Part shown: in pieces, positions 20,154 to 29,237 of the stretch | Position numbering within the stretch: the first letter of the stretch is position 1 | How the letters are laid out: each line of letters opens with the position of its first letter | From: a bacterium | GTDB taxonomy: Bacteria > UBA8248 | DNA length: 64,000 nucleotides | NCBI GenBank assembly: GCA_965203325.1 | Contig: OZ241875.1 | Span: forward strand, 2,528,001-2,592,000 | Direction: 5' to 3' | The notes under the pieces: generated by a model | What the model saw: the letters and a program-made list of their open reading frames with translations, nothing else | The model's database searches: none | Told to the model about the DNA's origin: nothing | Program-made: the position numbers and the translations under genes

Positions 20154-20570
20154 CACACAAGGCCTCACGCGTTATTGTGAAAATTCGTATCCTATCGTAT
20201 GGACTTCAGGCTTTTTGATGCAAACAACAATGATTTGCCCGGTGATGCAATGTTTCTCACCTCTCAAGATTCGGCCGAGCAAGGCGAAACGAGAGCTTAT
20301 CATTCAATAACGATAAATATATCAATGAGTTAATCTTAACCGCCCGTTATATTTCATAATTTATATTATTGCCCCTTCTTTCACAAAATCAGATAATTCA
20401 TTAAATTTCAATATTTTAGCTGGAATTGCTCCTGCCGATAATTGACAAAGCGCCTGTTTTCATATACTTATGTCTGGTTTATAGAATTTGAGTTGCGCAG
20501 AATTACCCTTAATTACATGGTGCCGCAAATCTTTTGATCTCCACTCGAGAGGCTTCCCCATAACTTAGAA

Positions 20571-22670
20571 ATGGCCAAATCCGCATCGTCTTCCACGACA
20601 AGAAGAAGAATTGTAGCCGCAATCGACATTGGTGGCACGTTTACCGACATCGCGATTTACAATCCATCGAACGGAAAAACCGCTGTGGGCAAGTATCTCA
20701 CGACGCCCAACGATCCTTCCATCGGCGCGCTTGCGGGTCTTCGAACGCTGCTCGACGAGGAAAGCCTGCGGTTCCGTGATCTCGGTCAGGCGATTCATGC
20801 GACCACCCTCGCCACCAACGCGATTATCGAGAAAAAAGGAGCGGCCACCGGTCTTCTCGCAACGAAGGGATTCGCCGACATCTTGTTGATGGGCCGTGAA
20901 TCCAGATATGACATCTACGACCTCGTGCCGGAATTCCCGGTACCTCTGGTCTCCGGGCCTTATCGCCGCGAGTTGACCGAGCGGATTTCCGCGACCGGGG
21001 AGATCCTCCAGCCCCTCAGCACCCAGGAGGTGAAGGTAACGATTCAGGAACTCGTGGAAAAAGGGGCGAAATCCATAGCGGTCTGCCTCTTGCACTCCTA
21101 CGCCAATCCGGCCCATGAGACCGAAGTCGGCGAAGCGATAGCGCAATCGTTTCCCGATGTGAGCTTCAGCCTCTCCTCACAGGTTTGCCCGGAGATCAGG
21201 GAATACGAAAGGACTTCCACCACGGTAGCCAACGCCTACATACAGCCCATCGTCTCGAAGTATCTCGAAGATCTGGAAGTCAACCTCGAAAACGTCTCGC
21301 TCTACATCATGCTGTCGAACGGCGGCATCGCCACGGCGCAATCCGCCGGACGCAGCCCCATACGCATGTTCGAATCGGGACCTGCGGCGGGGGCGCTCTC
21401 CTCGGCCTATTTCGGGAAACTCGGCGGATTCGAGAATCTCATCGCCTTCGACATGGGCGGCACCACCGCCAAATCCTGCATCATTGAGAACGGCGAACCG
21501 CACCTGTCCGTCCAATTCGAGATTGCGCGCGTCAAGCGCTTCACCAAGGGCAGTGGAATGCCCATCCAGGTGCCGTGCATCGATCTCATCGAAGTCGGCG
21601 CCGGCGGAGGCAGCATCGCGCGAATCGACGATCTGGGGCTGCTCAAGGTCGGCCCCGAGAGCCAGGGAGCATCCCCCGGACCCGCCTGCTACGGCCTCGG
21701 CGGAGAAGAGCCCACGGTGACCGACGCCAACCTGCTTCTCGGCTACATCAATCCCGATTATTTCCTGGGCGGCGAGATGCCGGTTTTCCCCGAGGCGGCA
21801 TCCGAAGCCATTCGCACCAAAATCGCCGAGCCGATGAAGATCGAAGAGATCCAGGCGGCCTGGGGCATTCATGAACTCGTGAATGAAACGATGGCCGCCG
21901 CCGCGCGCATCAAGCTCTCGGAGCGCGGAAAAGACCCGCGCAACTTCACCCTCATGGCCACCGGCGGCGCGGGACCCGTTCACGCCTTCCGGCTTGCGCG
22001 CAAGGTGGGGCTCAAGCGCATCGTCTGCCCGCCGGGCGCGGGATTGGCTTCCAGCCTGGGGCTCCACACCGTCCCTTTCAAGGTGGACACCGTGGACAGC
22101 CAGGTGATGCCGCTCGAAGACGTGAACCTCACCAAACTGAACGACACGTTCAACCGGCGGGAAAAGCGGCTTCGCCAGGTACTCACCGACGCAGGCGTGC
22201 GGGAACGCGAAATCCGGATTCAGCGTATGGCGGACATCAGCTTCGAGGGGCAGGGCTTCCCGCTGACCATTCCCATACCGAGCGGAAAACTGACGCGAAA
22301 CCATTTTGGAGAAATCAGCGAAACCTATCGCGAACACTACGCCTCGGCTCATGGGCGCGCCATCGACGAAGTGCCGCTGCAAGTGTTCGGCTGGCGCATC
22401 TTCGGCATGGGGCCGGAACCCAACGTGCGGTTTGATTTCTCGAATCTACCCGAAACAGAAGTGAAAAACGCTTTGAAGGGCAACCGTCGCATCTACATGC
22501 CGGAAAACAAGGGATTCCGGAAGGTAAACATTTTCGACCGCTATCTGTTGAAACCGGGACAGAAGACCAAAGGGCCGGCGTTGGTGGAAGAGAAAATGAC
22601 GACGACCGTCATCGGGCCGCGCTCGAACTTCCAGGTCGATAAATTCCAGAACCTGATCATCGAACTCTAG
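20571..22670 (+). CDS. Hydantoinase/oxoprolinase subunit A
   Basis: DIGGTFTD, ESGPAAG, DMGGTT, PGPACYG. Confidence 0.92.
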   Translation: MAKSASSSTTRRRIVAAIDIGGTFTDIAIYNPSNGKTAVGKYLTTPNDPSIGALAGLRTLLDEESLRFRDLGQAIHATTLATNAIIEKKGAATGLLATKGFADILLMGRESRYDIYDLVPEFPVPLVSGPYRRELTERISATGEILQPLSTQEVKVTIQELVEKGAKSIAVCLLHSYANPAHETEVGEAIAQSFPDVSFSLSSQVCPEIREYERTSTTVANAYIQPIVSKYLEDLEVNLENVSLYIMLSNGGIATAQSAGRSPIRMFESGPAAGALSSAYFGKLGGFENLIAFDMGGTTAKSCIIENGEPHLSVQFEIARVKRFTKGSGMPIQVPCIDLIEVGAGGGSIARIDDLGLLKVGPESQGASPGPACYGLGGEEPTVTDANLLLGYINPDYFLGGEMPVFPEAASEAIRTKIAEPMKIEEIQAAWGIHELVNETMAAAARIKLSERGKDPRNFTLMATGGAGPVHAFRLARKVGLKRIVCPPGAGLASSLGLHTVPFKVDTVDSQVMPLEDVNLTKLNDTFNRREKRLRQVLTDAGVREREIRIQRMADISFEGQGFPLTIPIPSGKLTRNHFGEISETYREHYASAHGRAIDEVPLQVFGWRIFGMGPEPNVRFDFSNLPETEVKNALKGNRRIYMPENKGFRKVNIFDRYLLKPGQKTKGPALVEEKMTTTVIGPRSNFQVDKFQNLIIEL

Positions 22671-22683
22671 GAGAGATTACAAT

Positions 22684-24345
22684 ATGGCCCGCAAGGGTAT
22701 CGATTCCATTACCCTGGAAGTCCTCTGGAACCGCTTCATCGCCATCGCCGAGGAAGCGGCCACCGAGATCGTCCGCACCGCTTTTTCGACCACGATACGC
22801 GAATCGAGAAATTTCTCCGTCATCATATTGAACCCCAATGGACAGTCCATCGCCCAGGCCAGATCCACCATGCCCAGTTTCGTGGGCGCGTTGCCGATTA
22901 CGGCCAAAAAACTTCTTCAGATTTTCCCGCAGGACACGTTTGAACCCGACGATCTCATACTCACGAACGACCCGTGGATGGGAACCGGTCACCTCCAGGA
23001 TCTCACTTCGCTCACGCCGGTGTTCTACAAATCGAAGCTGGTCGCTCTCATCGGCATCACCACCCAGGTGACGGACATGGGGGGAAAACTGCGTTCCCCC
23101 GAAGTGCGCGAGATTTACGAAGAAGGCCTCCAGCTTCCGCCCTGCAAGTACATGTCGGCGGGCCAGATCAACGAGGATATCCTGAGAATCATCAGAAAGA
23201 ACGTGCGCGTGCCGAACCAGGTGGAGGGAGACATGATCTCCCACATGTCCGCCGGGAGGCTCGCCGCCCGGCGCATCGGCGAGATGCTCGAAGAATATAA
23301 GCTCGCCGACATCGAGGCGCCGGCCACCACGATCTTCCAGCGTTCCGAAAACGCCATGCGCGAGGCCATCAAGAAAGTGGAGGACGGGGAATACCGCTTC
23401 CAGGTATCCACCGACGGATATGACGAGCCGCTCGTCATCCGTGTGGAGGTCAAGGTGCGCGGCAGCAGCATTCTGGTGGACTATACGGGGTCATCCCCTC
23501 AGGTCGACCGCGGCCTGAACGCCGTTTTGAGCTACGTCTATTCCTATTCCGCCTATTCGCTCAAATGCCTGTTCTGTCCGCAGATTCCCAACAACGAGGG
23601 CAACTTCCGGCCCGTGACGGTATCGGCGCCCGAGGGCAGCATCCTGAATCCGCGTTATCCGGCTCCCGTGAACGGCCGCTCCATGGTGGGGCACTTCATT
23701 CCCTCGGCCATTTTCGGCGCGCTGTGCAAGGCGGTTCCCAATCTCGTGCAGGCGGCCAGCGGCAGCCCCACGTGGGCCATCAACGCGGCGGGCATCACCA
23801 AGGAGAGCAGGCGCTTCGCCGGCAATTTCTTTCTCCACGGAGGACAGGGCGCGACGGACAGACACGATGGGCGCGTATGTCTCGATTTCCCCTCGAACAC
23901 GTCGAACACGCCCATCGAAATCCTGGAGCATCTCGTCCCCTTGCTGGTGGAGCGAAAGGCGTCCATCAGAGACAGCGGTGGCTCGGGCAAGTACGCTGGC
24001 GGCAACGGCCAGCAGGTCATCGTGAAATCGCTCTCCGACGGACCGATTCTCCTCACCTTCATGAGCGAGCGCACACGGCATCCCGCCTACGGGCTGTTCG
24101 GCGGAAAAAACGGGCGCGTCGGCAAGGTGACCCTGAACGGCCGCCCCATCAACCCCAAGCGCCAATGGGTGATGAACCAAAGCGACAGGCTCGTGCTCGA
24201 AGTGCCGAGCGGGGGCGGTTACGGCGACCCGAAGGACCGCTCCTTCTACTCCATCGAACGCGACCTGCAGGAAGGGCTGCTCTCCGTACAAAAAGCCAGA
24301 GCCGAATACAACTACGACGGCGATTTCACCGCCGTCGACCTGTAG
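22684..24345 (+). CDS. Hydantoinase B/oxoprolinase subunit
   Basis: NDPWMGTGH, EEGLQLPP, SNTPIE, GGGYGDP. Confidence 0.92.
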   Translation: MARKGIDSITLEVLWNRFIAIAEEAATEIVRTAFSTTIRESRNFSVIILNPNGQSIAQARSTMPSFVGALPITAKKLLQIFPQDTFEPDDLILTNDPWMGTGHLQDLTSLTPVFYKSKLVALIGITTQVTDMGGKLRSPEVREIYEEGLQLPPCKYMSAGQINEDILRIIRKNVRVPNQVEGDMISHMSAGRLAARRIGEMLEEYKLADIEAPATTIFQRSENAMREAIKKVEDGEYRFQVSTDGYDEPLVIRVEVKVRGSSILVDYTGSSPQVDRGLNAVLSYVYSYSAYSLKCLFCPQIPNNEGNFRPVTVSAPEGSILNPRYPAPVNGRSMVGHFIPSAIFGALCKAVPNLVQAASGSPTWAINAAGITKESRRFAGNFFLHGGQGATDRHDGRVCLDFPSNTSNTPIEILEHLVPLLVERKASIRDSGGSGKYAGGNGQQVIVKSLSDGPILLTFMSERTRHPAYGLFGGKNGRVGKVTLNGRPINPKRQWVMNQSDRLVLEVPSGGGYGDPKDRSFYSIERDLQEGLLSVQKARAEYNYDGDFTAVDL

Positions 24346-24353
24346 TTCTCCCG

Positions 24354-25358
24354 ATGCCTTCGAAAAAACGGTGGGCCGCCGTCACCTCCACACCCGATTT
24401 GCCCATCGCCATGGCGCCCGTGAAAAGGGCGATGGCGGGCGTCGCGCCCGTTCGCGCCGTGGCGCTGCCCTTTCGGCCCCTGGACAAGGCGGAAGAGGCC
24501 GCCTTCGCCAGGAAACTGCGAGGCGCGGAAGGGATTCTTCTGCGCCCGGGCTACATCACCGCCTCTTTGCTTGACCTGCTGCCGGACCTGCGGGTCGTGG
24601 CCGTGCACGGCGCGGGCGTGGACCAGGTCGACGTGGCCGCCTGCACGGAGCGCGGCGTACTCGTCACCAACACGCCGGGGGCCAACGCGAACGCCGTGGC
24701 CGAACTGACGCTTGCGTTGATCCTTTCTCTGGCCAGACGCATTCCACAGGCGGCCTCCCGGGTGGAAGCGGAGCGGGTATGGGGCGAGGCGCGCCACACT
24801 GGGGTGGAACTCAAGGGAAAAACGCTGGGGCTCATCGGGGTCGGACAAATCGGGAGCCGGCTCGCGAAAATGGCGCTTGGGATGGGCATGAAGGTCCTCG
24901 CCCATGACCCGGGCGTCAGTAGCGAGGACATCAGGGCGCGCGGCGCAAGACCCGCGCGATTCGAGACCCTCCTGGGCCGGGCCGATTTCATCTCGCTTCA
25001 CGCGCCGCTCACGCCCGAGACCCATCACCTGATCGACAAACAAGCGATCTCGAAAATGAAAAAAGGCGCGTTTCTCATAAACGCCGCGAGGGGCCCGCTG
25101 GTGGATGAGGCGGCGCTGGCGCGCGCGCTGGGGAGCGGCAAAATCGGCGGGGCGGCCCTCGACGTGCTCGAAGGCGAACCGCCCGATCCCGAAAGCCCCA
25201 TCTTCGATGCGCCCAACCTCATCCTCACGCCGCACATGGCGGGTTCCACGCACGAGTGTCTCGAAGCCATCGCCGCGTGGGCGGGGGAGGACATCGCCCG
25301 CGTCATGAGCGGCAAGAAGCCGAAATATCCGGTGAACGAACCCGGGAAACCCGCCTGA
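24354..25358 (+). CDS. D-isomer-specific 2-hydroxyacid dehydrogenase (SerA-like)
   Basis: GLIGVGQIG, INAARG, LDVLEGEP, TPHMAG. Confidence 0.9.
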   Translation: MPSKKRWAAVTSTPDLPIAMAPVKRAMAGVAPVRAVALPFRPLDKAEEAAFARKLRGAEGILLRPGYITASLLDLLPDLRVVAVHGAGVDQVDVAACTERGVLVTNTPGANANAVAELTLALILSLARRIPQAASRVEAERVWGEARHTGVELKGKTLGLIGVGQIGSRLAKMALGMGMKVLAHDPGVSSEDIRARGARPARFETLLGRADFISLHAPLTPETHHLIDKQAISKMKKGAFLINAARGPLVDEAALARALGSGKIGGAALDVLEGEPPDPESPIFDAPNLILTPHMAGSTHECLEAIAAWAGEDIARVMSGKKPKYPVNEPGKPA

Positions 25359-25655
25359 CCCCCGTTTCGGCCGAAAACCACGTAAGTCCTTGTACATCAA
25401 ATATATAAATTACCATTTATTTATCGAAAGACACGTTCATAGTCCCGCCCTATAGACAATCGTACGACTGGATACCCATAAACACGATAAACTCCTGTAT
25501 TAAAAGCGATAATTATCATATTTTCTTTTTCACCTCCCCTTGCATTTACGTCATATTTACGCTATAACGGACGCATATTTGATGCCGGACGTATGCGATT
25601 TGATTACGGATCGTCCATATCCTCCGGCCTGTGCCACGATTTCCTGGGAGTCCCC

Positions 25656-26837
25656 ATGCCGAAAAGAAGCGAACGCAAGCTTACCAAACGCGTGGTCGAT
25701 GCGCTATCCGTCGAGACGAACGACGCCGTCTTCTGGGACCGGGAGCTGGCGGGCTTCGGAGTGCGGGTCTACGCCACGGGCCGGAAGGTCTACGTGGTGC
25801 AGTCACGGGGTCCGTGGGGTCCCAAACGCGTGGCGCTGGGCAAACACGGCGAGATGTCCACTGATGAGGCGAGGAAGACGGCGGCCGGCGTCATCGACCG
25901 CATCAAGCGGGGCGAGGAGCCCGAGCCCAAGCCGCCCGAGGCGGCGCCCACGGTGGAGGGGCTTGCCGGGCGTTTCATGCGCGACCATGCCGAAACGCAC
26001 TGCAAGCCCGACACCGTCAGACTGTACAGTTCCCTGCTCGGGAACCACATCGTTCCGGCGCTGGGCGGGACCAGGCTCGCCGATGTCGGCCGTGCGGAGG
26101 TATCGGAGTTGCACCACCGGTTGCGTGAGACGCCCGCCGTGGCCAACGCGGTGGCGGGCCTTCTCTCCAGAATGTTCAAGATGGCCGAGGCGTGGGGACT
26201 GGTTCCGCCCGGGGAGAACCCGTGCCGGGGGCTGCGCCGCTACCGGACGCGCAAGCGCGAGCGGTTCCTGACGCCAGAGGAGTTCCGCCGCCTGGGCCGG
26301 GCGCTCAGGGAGATTGAGGCCGAGGGGAATGCGTGGCCGGCCGCGGCCGCGGCGATCAGGCTCCTGGCGCTGACCGGGTGCAGGCGGGGCGAGATACTGG
26401 ATCTGAGGTGGGACGACGTGGACCGCACGACGGGTGAACTCAGGCTCCGGGACGCCAAGGCGGGCCCGCGCATGGCGCCCCTGACCAAACCCGTATCGAG
26501 GGTGCTGGAGGGGATCCCCCGCTTGTCGGACAACCCCTGGGTGATCTCTTCAAGGCATGGGAGGGGCCGCCTGGGGAACCTCTCCTACTACTGGGGGGCC
26601 GTGAGGGAGCGGGCGGGGCTTCATGATGTCCGCATTCATGACCTTCGGCACTCGTACGCCAGCCGGGCGCTGGCGCTAAACGAGAGTCTGTCCGCGATCG
26701 GCAGGCTGCTCGGACACCATCACGTGGTGAGCACGGCGCGCTACGCGCACCTGATGCGGGACGCCGAGAAGGCGGCGGCCGCCCGGGTGGGCGAGAGCAT
26801 CGGCGTCCACGTCACGAACGGGAGGATGGAGCGATGA
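25656..26837 (+). CDS. Tyrosine integrase with N-terminal arm-binding domain
   Basis: WDRELAGFGVRV; TGCRRGE, HDLRHS, LLGH, RY catalytic set. Confidence 0.93.
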   Translation: MPKRSERKLTKRVVDALSVETNDAVFWDRELAGFGVRVYATGRKVYVVQSRGPWGPKRVALGKHGEMSTDEARKTAAGVIDRIKRGEEPEPKPPEAAPTVEGLAGRFMRDHAETHCKPDTVRLYSSLLGNHIVPALGGTRLADVGRAEVSELHHRLRETPAVANAVAGLLSRMFKMAEAWGLVPPGENPCRGLRRYRTRKRERFLTPEEFRRLGRALREIEAEGNAWPAAAAAIRLLALTGCRRGEILDLRWDDVDRTTGELRLRDAKAGPRMAPLTKPVSRVLEGIPRLSDNPWVISSRHGRGRLGNLSYYWGAVRERAGLHDVRIHDLRHSYASRALALNESLSAIGRLLGHHHVVSTARYAHLMRDAEKAAAARVGESIGVHVTNGRMER

Positions 26838-28000
26838 CGAAGCCCGCCATGAAAACGCTATCGAACCGGCTGGTGAGGAAACTCACTGTCGAGAAGGACA
26901 CTGTTTTCTGGGACCGCGATCTGACCGGCTTCGGGGTCCGGGTCTATCCCACCGGCTCAAAAGTCTACATCGCCCAGGCGCGGGGTCCCGAGGGCCCCAA
27001 ACGCGTGGCGGTGGGCCGCCACGGCGTTATCCATGCGGAGGAGGCCAGGAAGCGCGCGGCGCTCGTCATCGCGCGCATCAAGGCGGGCGAGGAACCTGTG
27101 CCCGAGCCGATGAAGCCGGCCTGCGGTCCCACGGTGGCCGGGCTGGCGAGGCGCTATCTCGAAGAATACGTTTCCGTGCGGTGCAAGCCGCGCACCGTGA
27201 AGACGCTCCGCTCCGTGGTCGGCAGGAACATCGTCCCGGCGCTGGGCGCAATGCCGATATCCGCGGTCGAGCGCAAACACGTGGCGGAACTCCACGGGCG
27301 GCTGAGCGCCACGCCCGCGTCGGCGAACCATGCCGTCCGGGCGCTGTCCGCGATGTACCGCCTCGCAGGTGAATGGGGTCTCGTGCCCGAGGGCATGAAC
27401 CCGTGCCGCGCCATCGCCGAATACCCGGTCGGCCGGCGGGAGCGCTTCCTCACCGAGGCGGAATTCGACCGACTGGGACGCGCACTCGACAAAGTCGAGA
27501 CGGAGGGCGGCGCGTCCGCGTCAGCCGTGGCCGCCATCCGTCTCCTGATGCTGACCGGGTGCCGGAAGTCGGAAATCCTCACGCTGCGCTGGGAGGAGGT
27601 GACGCTCGATCAGGCGGAACTGCGGCTCACCGACTCCAAGACGGGCGCACGCGTCGTTTCGCTCTCGGAGCCCGCGGTGAAACTCCTCGCGGGTCTGCCG
27701 CGCACCCCCGGGGATCCCTGGGTCATTCCCGGTAGGAAGCCGGGAACGCACCTGCGGAAGCTCGACGACGCCTGGCAGGCCGTCCGCTCGCGTGCGGGGC
27801 TCGCCGACATGCGCCTCCATGACCTGCGCCATTCGTTCGCATCGCGCGCTCTCGCGCTCGGCGAGGGACTTTCTGTGATAGGCAAACTCCTTGGCCACGC
27901 CAGGATCGAGACCACCTCGCGCTACGCCCATCTCGCGCGCGATTCGGTGCGCGAATCAGCCGAGCGGGTCGCCGAGAGCATCGCCGAAGACATGCTGTAG
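26834..28000 (+). CDS. Second tyrosine integrase, paralog of the first
   Basis: TGCRKSE, SKTG, HDLRHS, LLGH, RY; ATGA overlap with the upstream integrase. Confidence 0.93.
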   Translation: MTKPAMKTLSNRLVRKLTVEKDTVFWDRDLTGFGVRVYPTGSKVYIAQARGPEGPKRVAVGRHGVIHAEEARKRAALVIARIKAGEEPVPEPMKPACGPTVAGLARRYLEEYVSVRCKPRTVKTLRSVVGRNIVPALGAMPISAVERKHVAELHGRLSATPASANHAVRALSAMYRLAGEWGLVPEGMNPCRAIAEYPVGRRERFLTEAEFDRLGRALDKVETEGGASASAVAAIRLLMLTGCRKSEILTLRWEEVTLDQAELRLTDSKTGARVVSLSEPAVKLLAGLPRTPGDPWVIPGRKPGTHLRKLDDAWQAVRSRAGLADMRLHDLRHSFASRALALGEGLSVIGKLLGHARIETTSRYAHLARDSVRESAERVAESIAEDML

Positions 28001-28112
28001 GCCACCGGGCGCAACTCCCGGGAAACCCGGCCGATGATAAGCGGTTTTCCTGTATCTCAATCCCCGGCCCCGAACGGGTCTTCTCCATCGCGTTGTCTCA
28101 CGTTTTTTGTCA

Positions 28113-28185
28113 TACCCCTACGCGCGCTACCGTGTGAGCGGGACGTTCTCGCTCTGGGGCGCGGTGGGCCACGGGCAGGGGGAGA
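28113..28185 (+). repeat. 73-bp fragment of the autotransporter beta-domain gene
   Basis: Identical to 5539-5611; near-identical to ~31734-31806. Confidence 0.85.
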
Positions 28186-28417
28186 CGTCGATGAACGCGC
28201 GGGGGAGAACCACCTGAACACGCGGGAGGCGGCCGCCTGGCTCGGCCTCTCGCCCAAGACGCTGGAGCGCTACCGCGTGAGCGGAGAGGGACCGGATTTT
28301 CTTCGCACCGGATACCGGGTGCGCTACCTGCTCGAAGACCTCGAGAAGTGGGCCTCCGCCCGGAGGTGGACTTCCACGTCCGAGGAGAGAGCCGCCCGGA
28401 GGAGGAAGAGGCGGTAG
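28180..28417 (+). pseudogene. 3' part of excisionase-like HTH gene (copy of 58803-59040)
   Basis: HLNTREAAAWLGLSPKTLERYRVSGEGP; N-terminal domains missing. Confidence 0.8.
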
Positions 28418-28504
28418 AGGGATATTCGGGAGAAGACGGGCGTCCTGCACGCGGCGGACCTCCCGGGAACCAGGGACATGCTCACGACGAAACGCCGGAT
28501 GGCC

Positions 28505-28809
28505 TCACAGGCCGTAGCGCAGCCTCGCCATCGCGGCCACGGCCGCCGAGTGCCCCCCTCGTAGATATCCCCCAGGTACGCCGCTATCCCGGCGTCGGTC
28601 TCGGGGTTTCCCGAGCGCTCGAATCCCCTGAGCGCCGTCTCGTACACTCGCCGCGTGTTCTCAGACATCGACGCCTTCGCCAGGTCGGCGGCCGCACGGG
28701 CCGGTCGGGCCGGCCTCCTCGTCAAAGCGATGTCCTGCGTCGGGTCGGATGGTCTTGCCCCCGTCGTCATGGCGAGAAGCCAACCTTCCAGATCGGCGAC
28801 CGTGTCCAT
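28505..28809 (-). pseudogene. Internally deleted copy of the Cre-like recombinase at 57841-58773
   Basis: 5' and 3' ends of the gene joined at CGCGATGGCG (675-bp deletion) plus one G lost from a G-run. Confidence 0.85.
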
Positions 28810-28920
28810 TGCCTAGGGCCGCCCGAGCGCCTCCTTGATTGCCAAGTATGGACGACGACGGGGAATTTCCATAAAAAAAGCCGTTTCGCAAACGAATACC
28901 GGCGAAACGGCGGGTTTCTG

Positions 28921-29127
28921 GAGTCCGATAATTGCCATTATCGGAAAACATAACACCTCTGAAAGCCATGTCAAGCGCGATTTCGGGGTCCCCGGAGGGG
29001 TTTCGGGCGCCTTTTTGCGTCTTTTTTCGCTCATGTTTCGCTCATTTGCGGCCCGAATGCGCCCCGAAACGGGTTTTTCGGCGGAAAACAAGGCTTCTGG
29101 GGGCCAATAATGGCAATTAGCGGACAC
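28921..29127. promoter_or_regulatory. Candidate invertible promoter, cassette 1
   Basis: GAGTCCGATAA-TTGCCA-TTATCGGAAAA (28921-28948) and GGGGCCAATAA-TGGCAA-TTAGCGGACAC (29100-29127); spacers are reverse complements; minus-strand TTGACA-N16-TATGTT inside (28974-28947). Confidence 0.75.
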
Positions 29128-29237
29128 CAGCCCGGGTTCGAGGTGGGCGCATACCGCAGGAACATGTGTCTCGCGGAAAGACTCACTACCGGCTGCGTCA
29201 GCTTGAACCCGAAATCACGGAACAGGGGGCATTCCAA

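Noticed and set aside
28921..28948. Chromosomal dif site
   Set aside because: Has 11-6-11 geometry but lacks the XerD arm TTATGTTAAAT and occurs in inverted pairs beside its own recombinase
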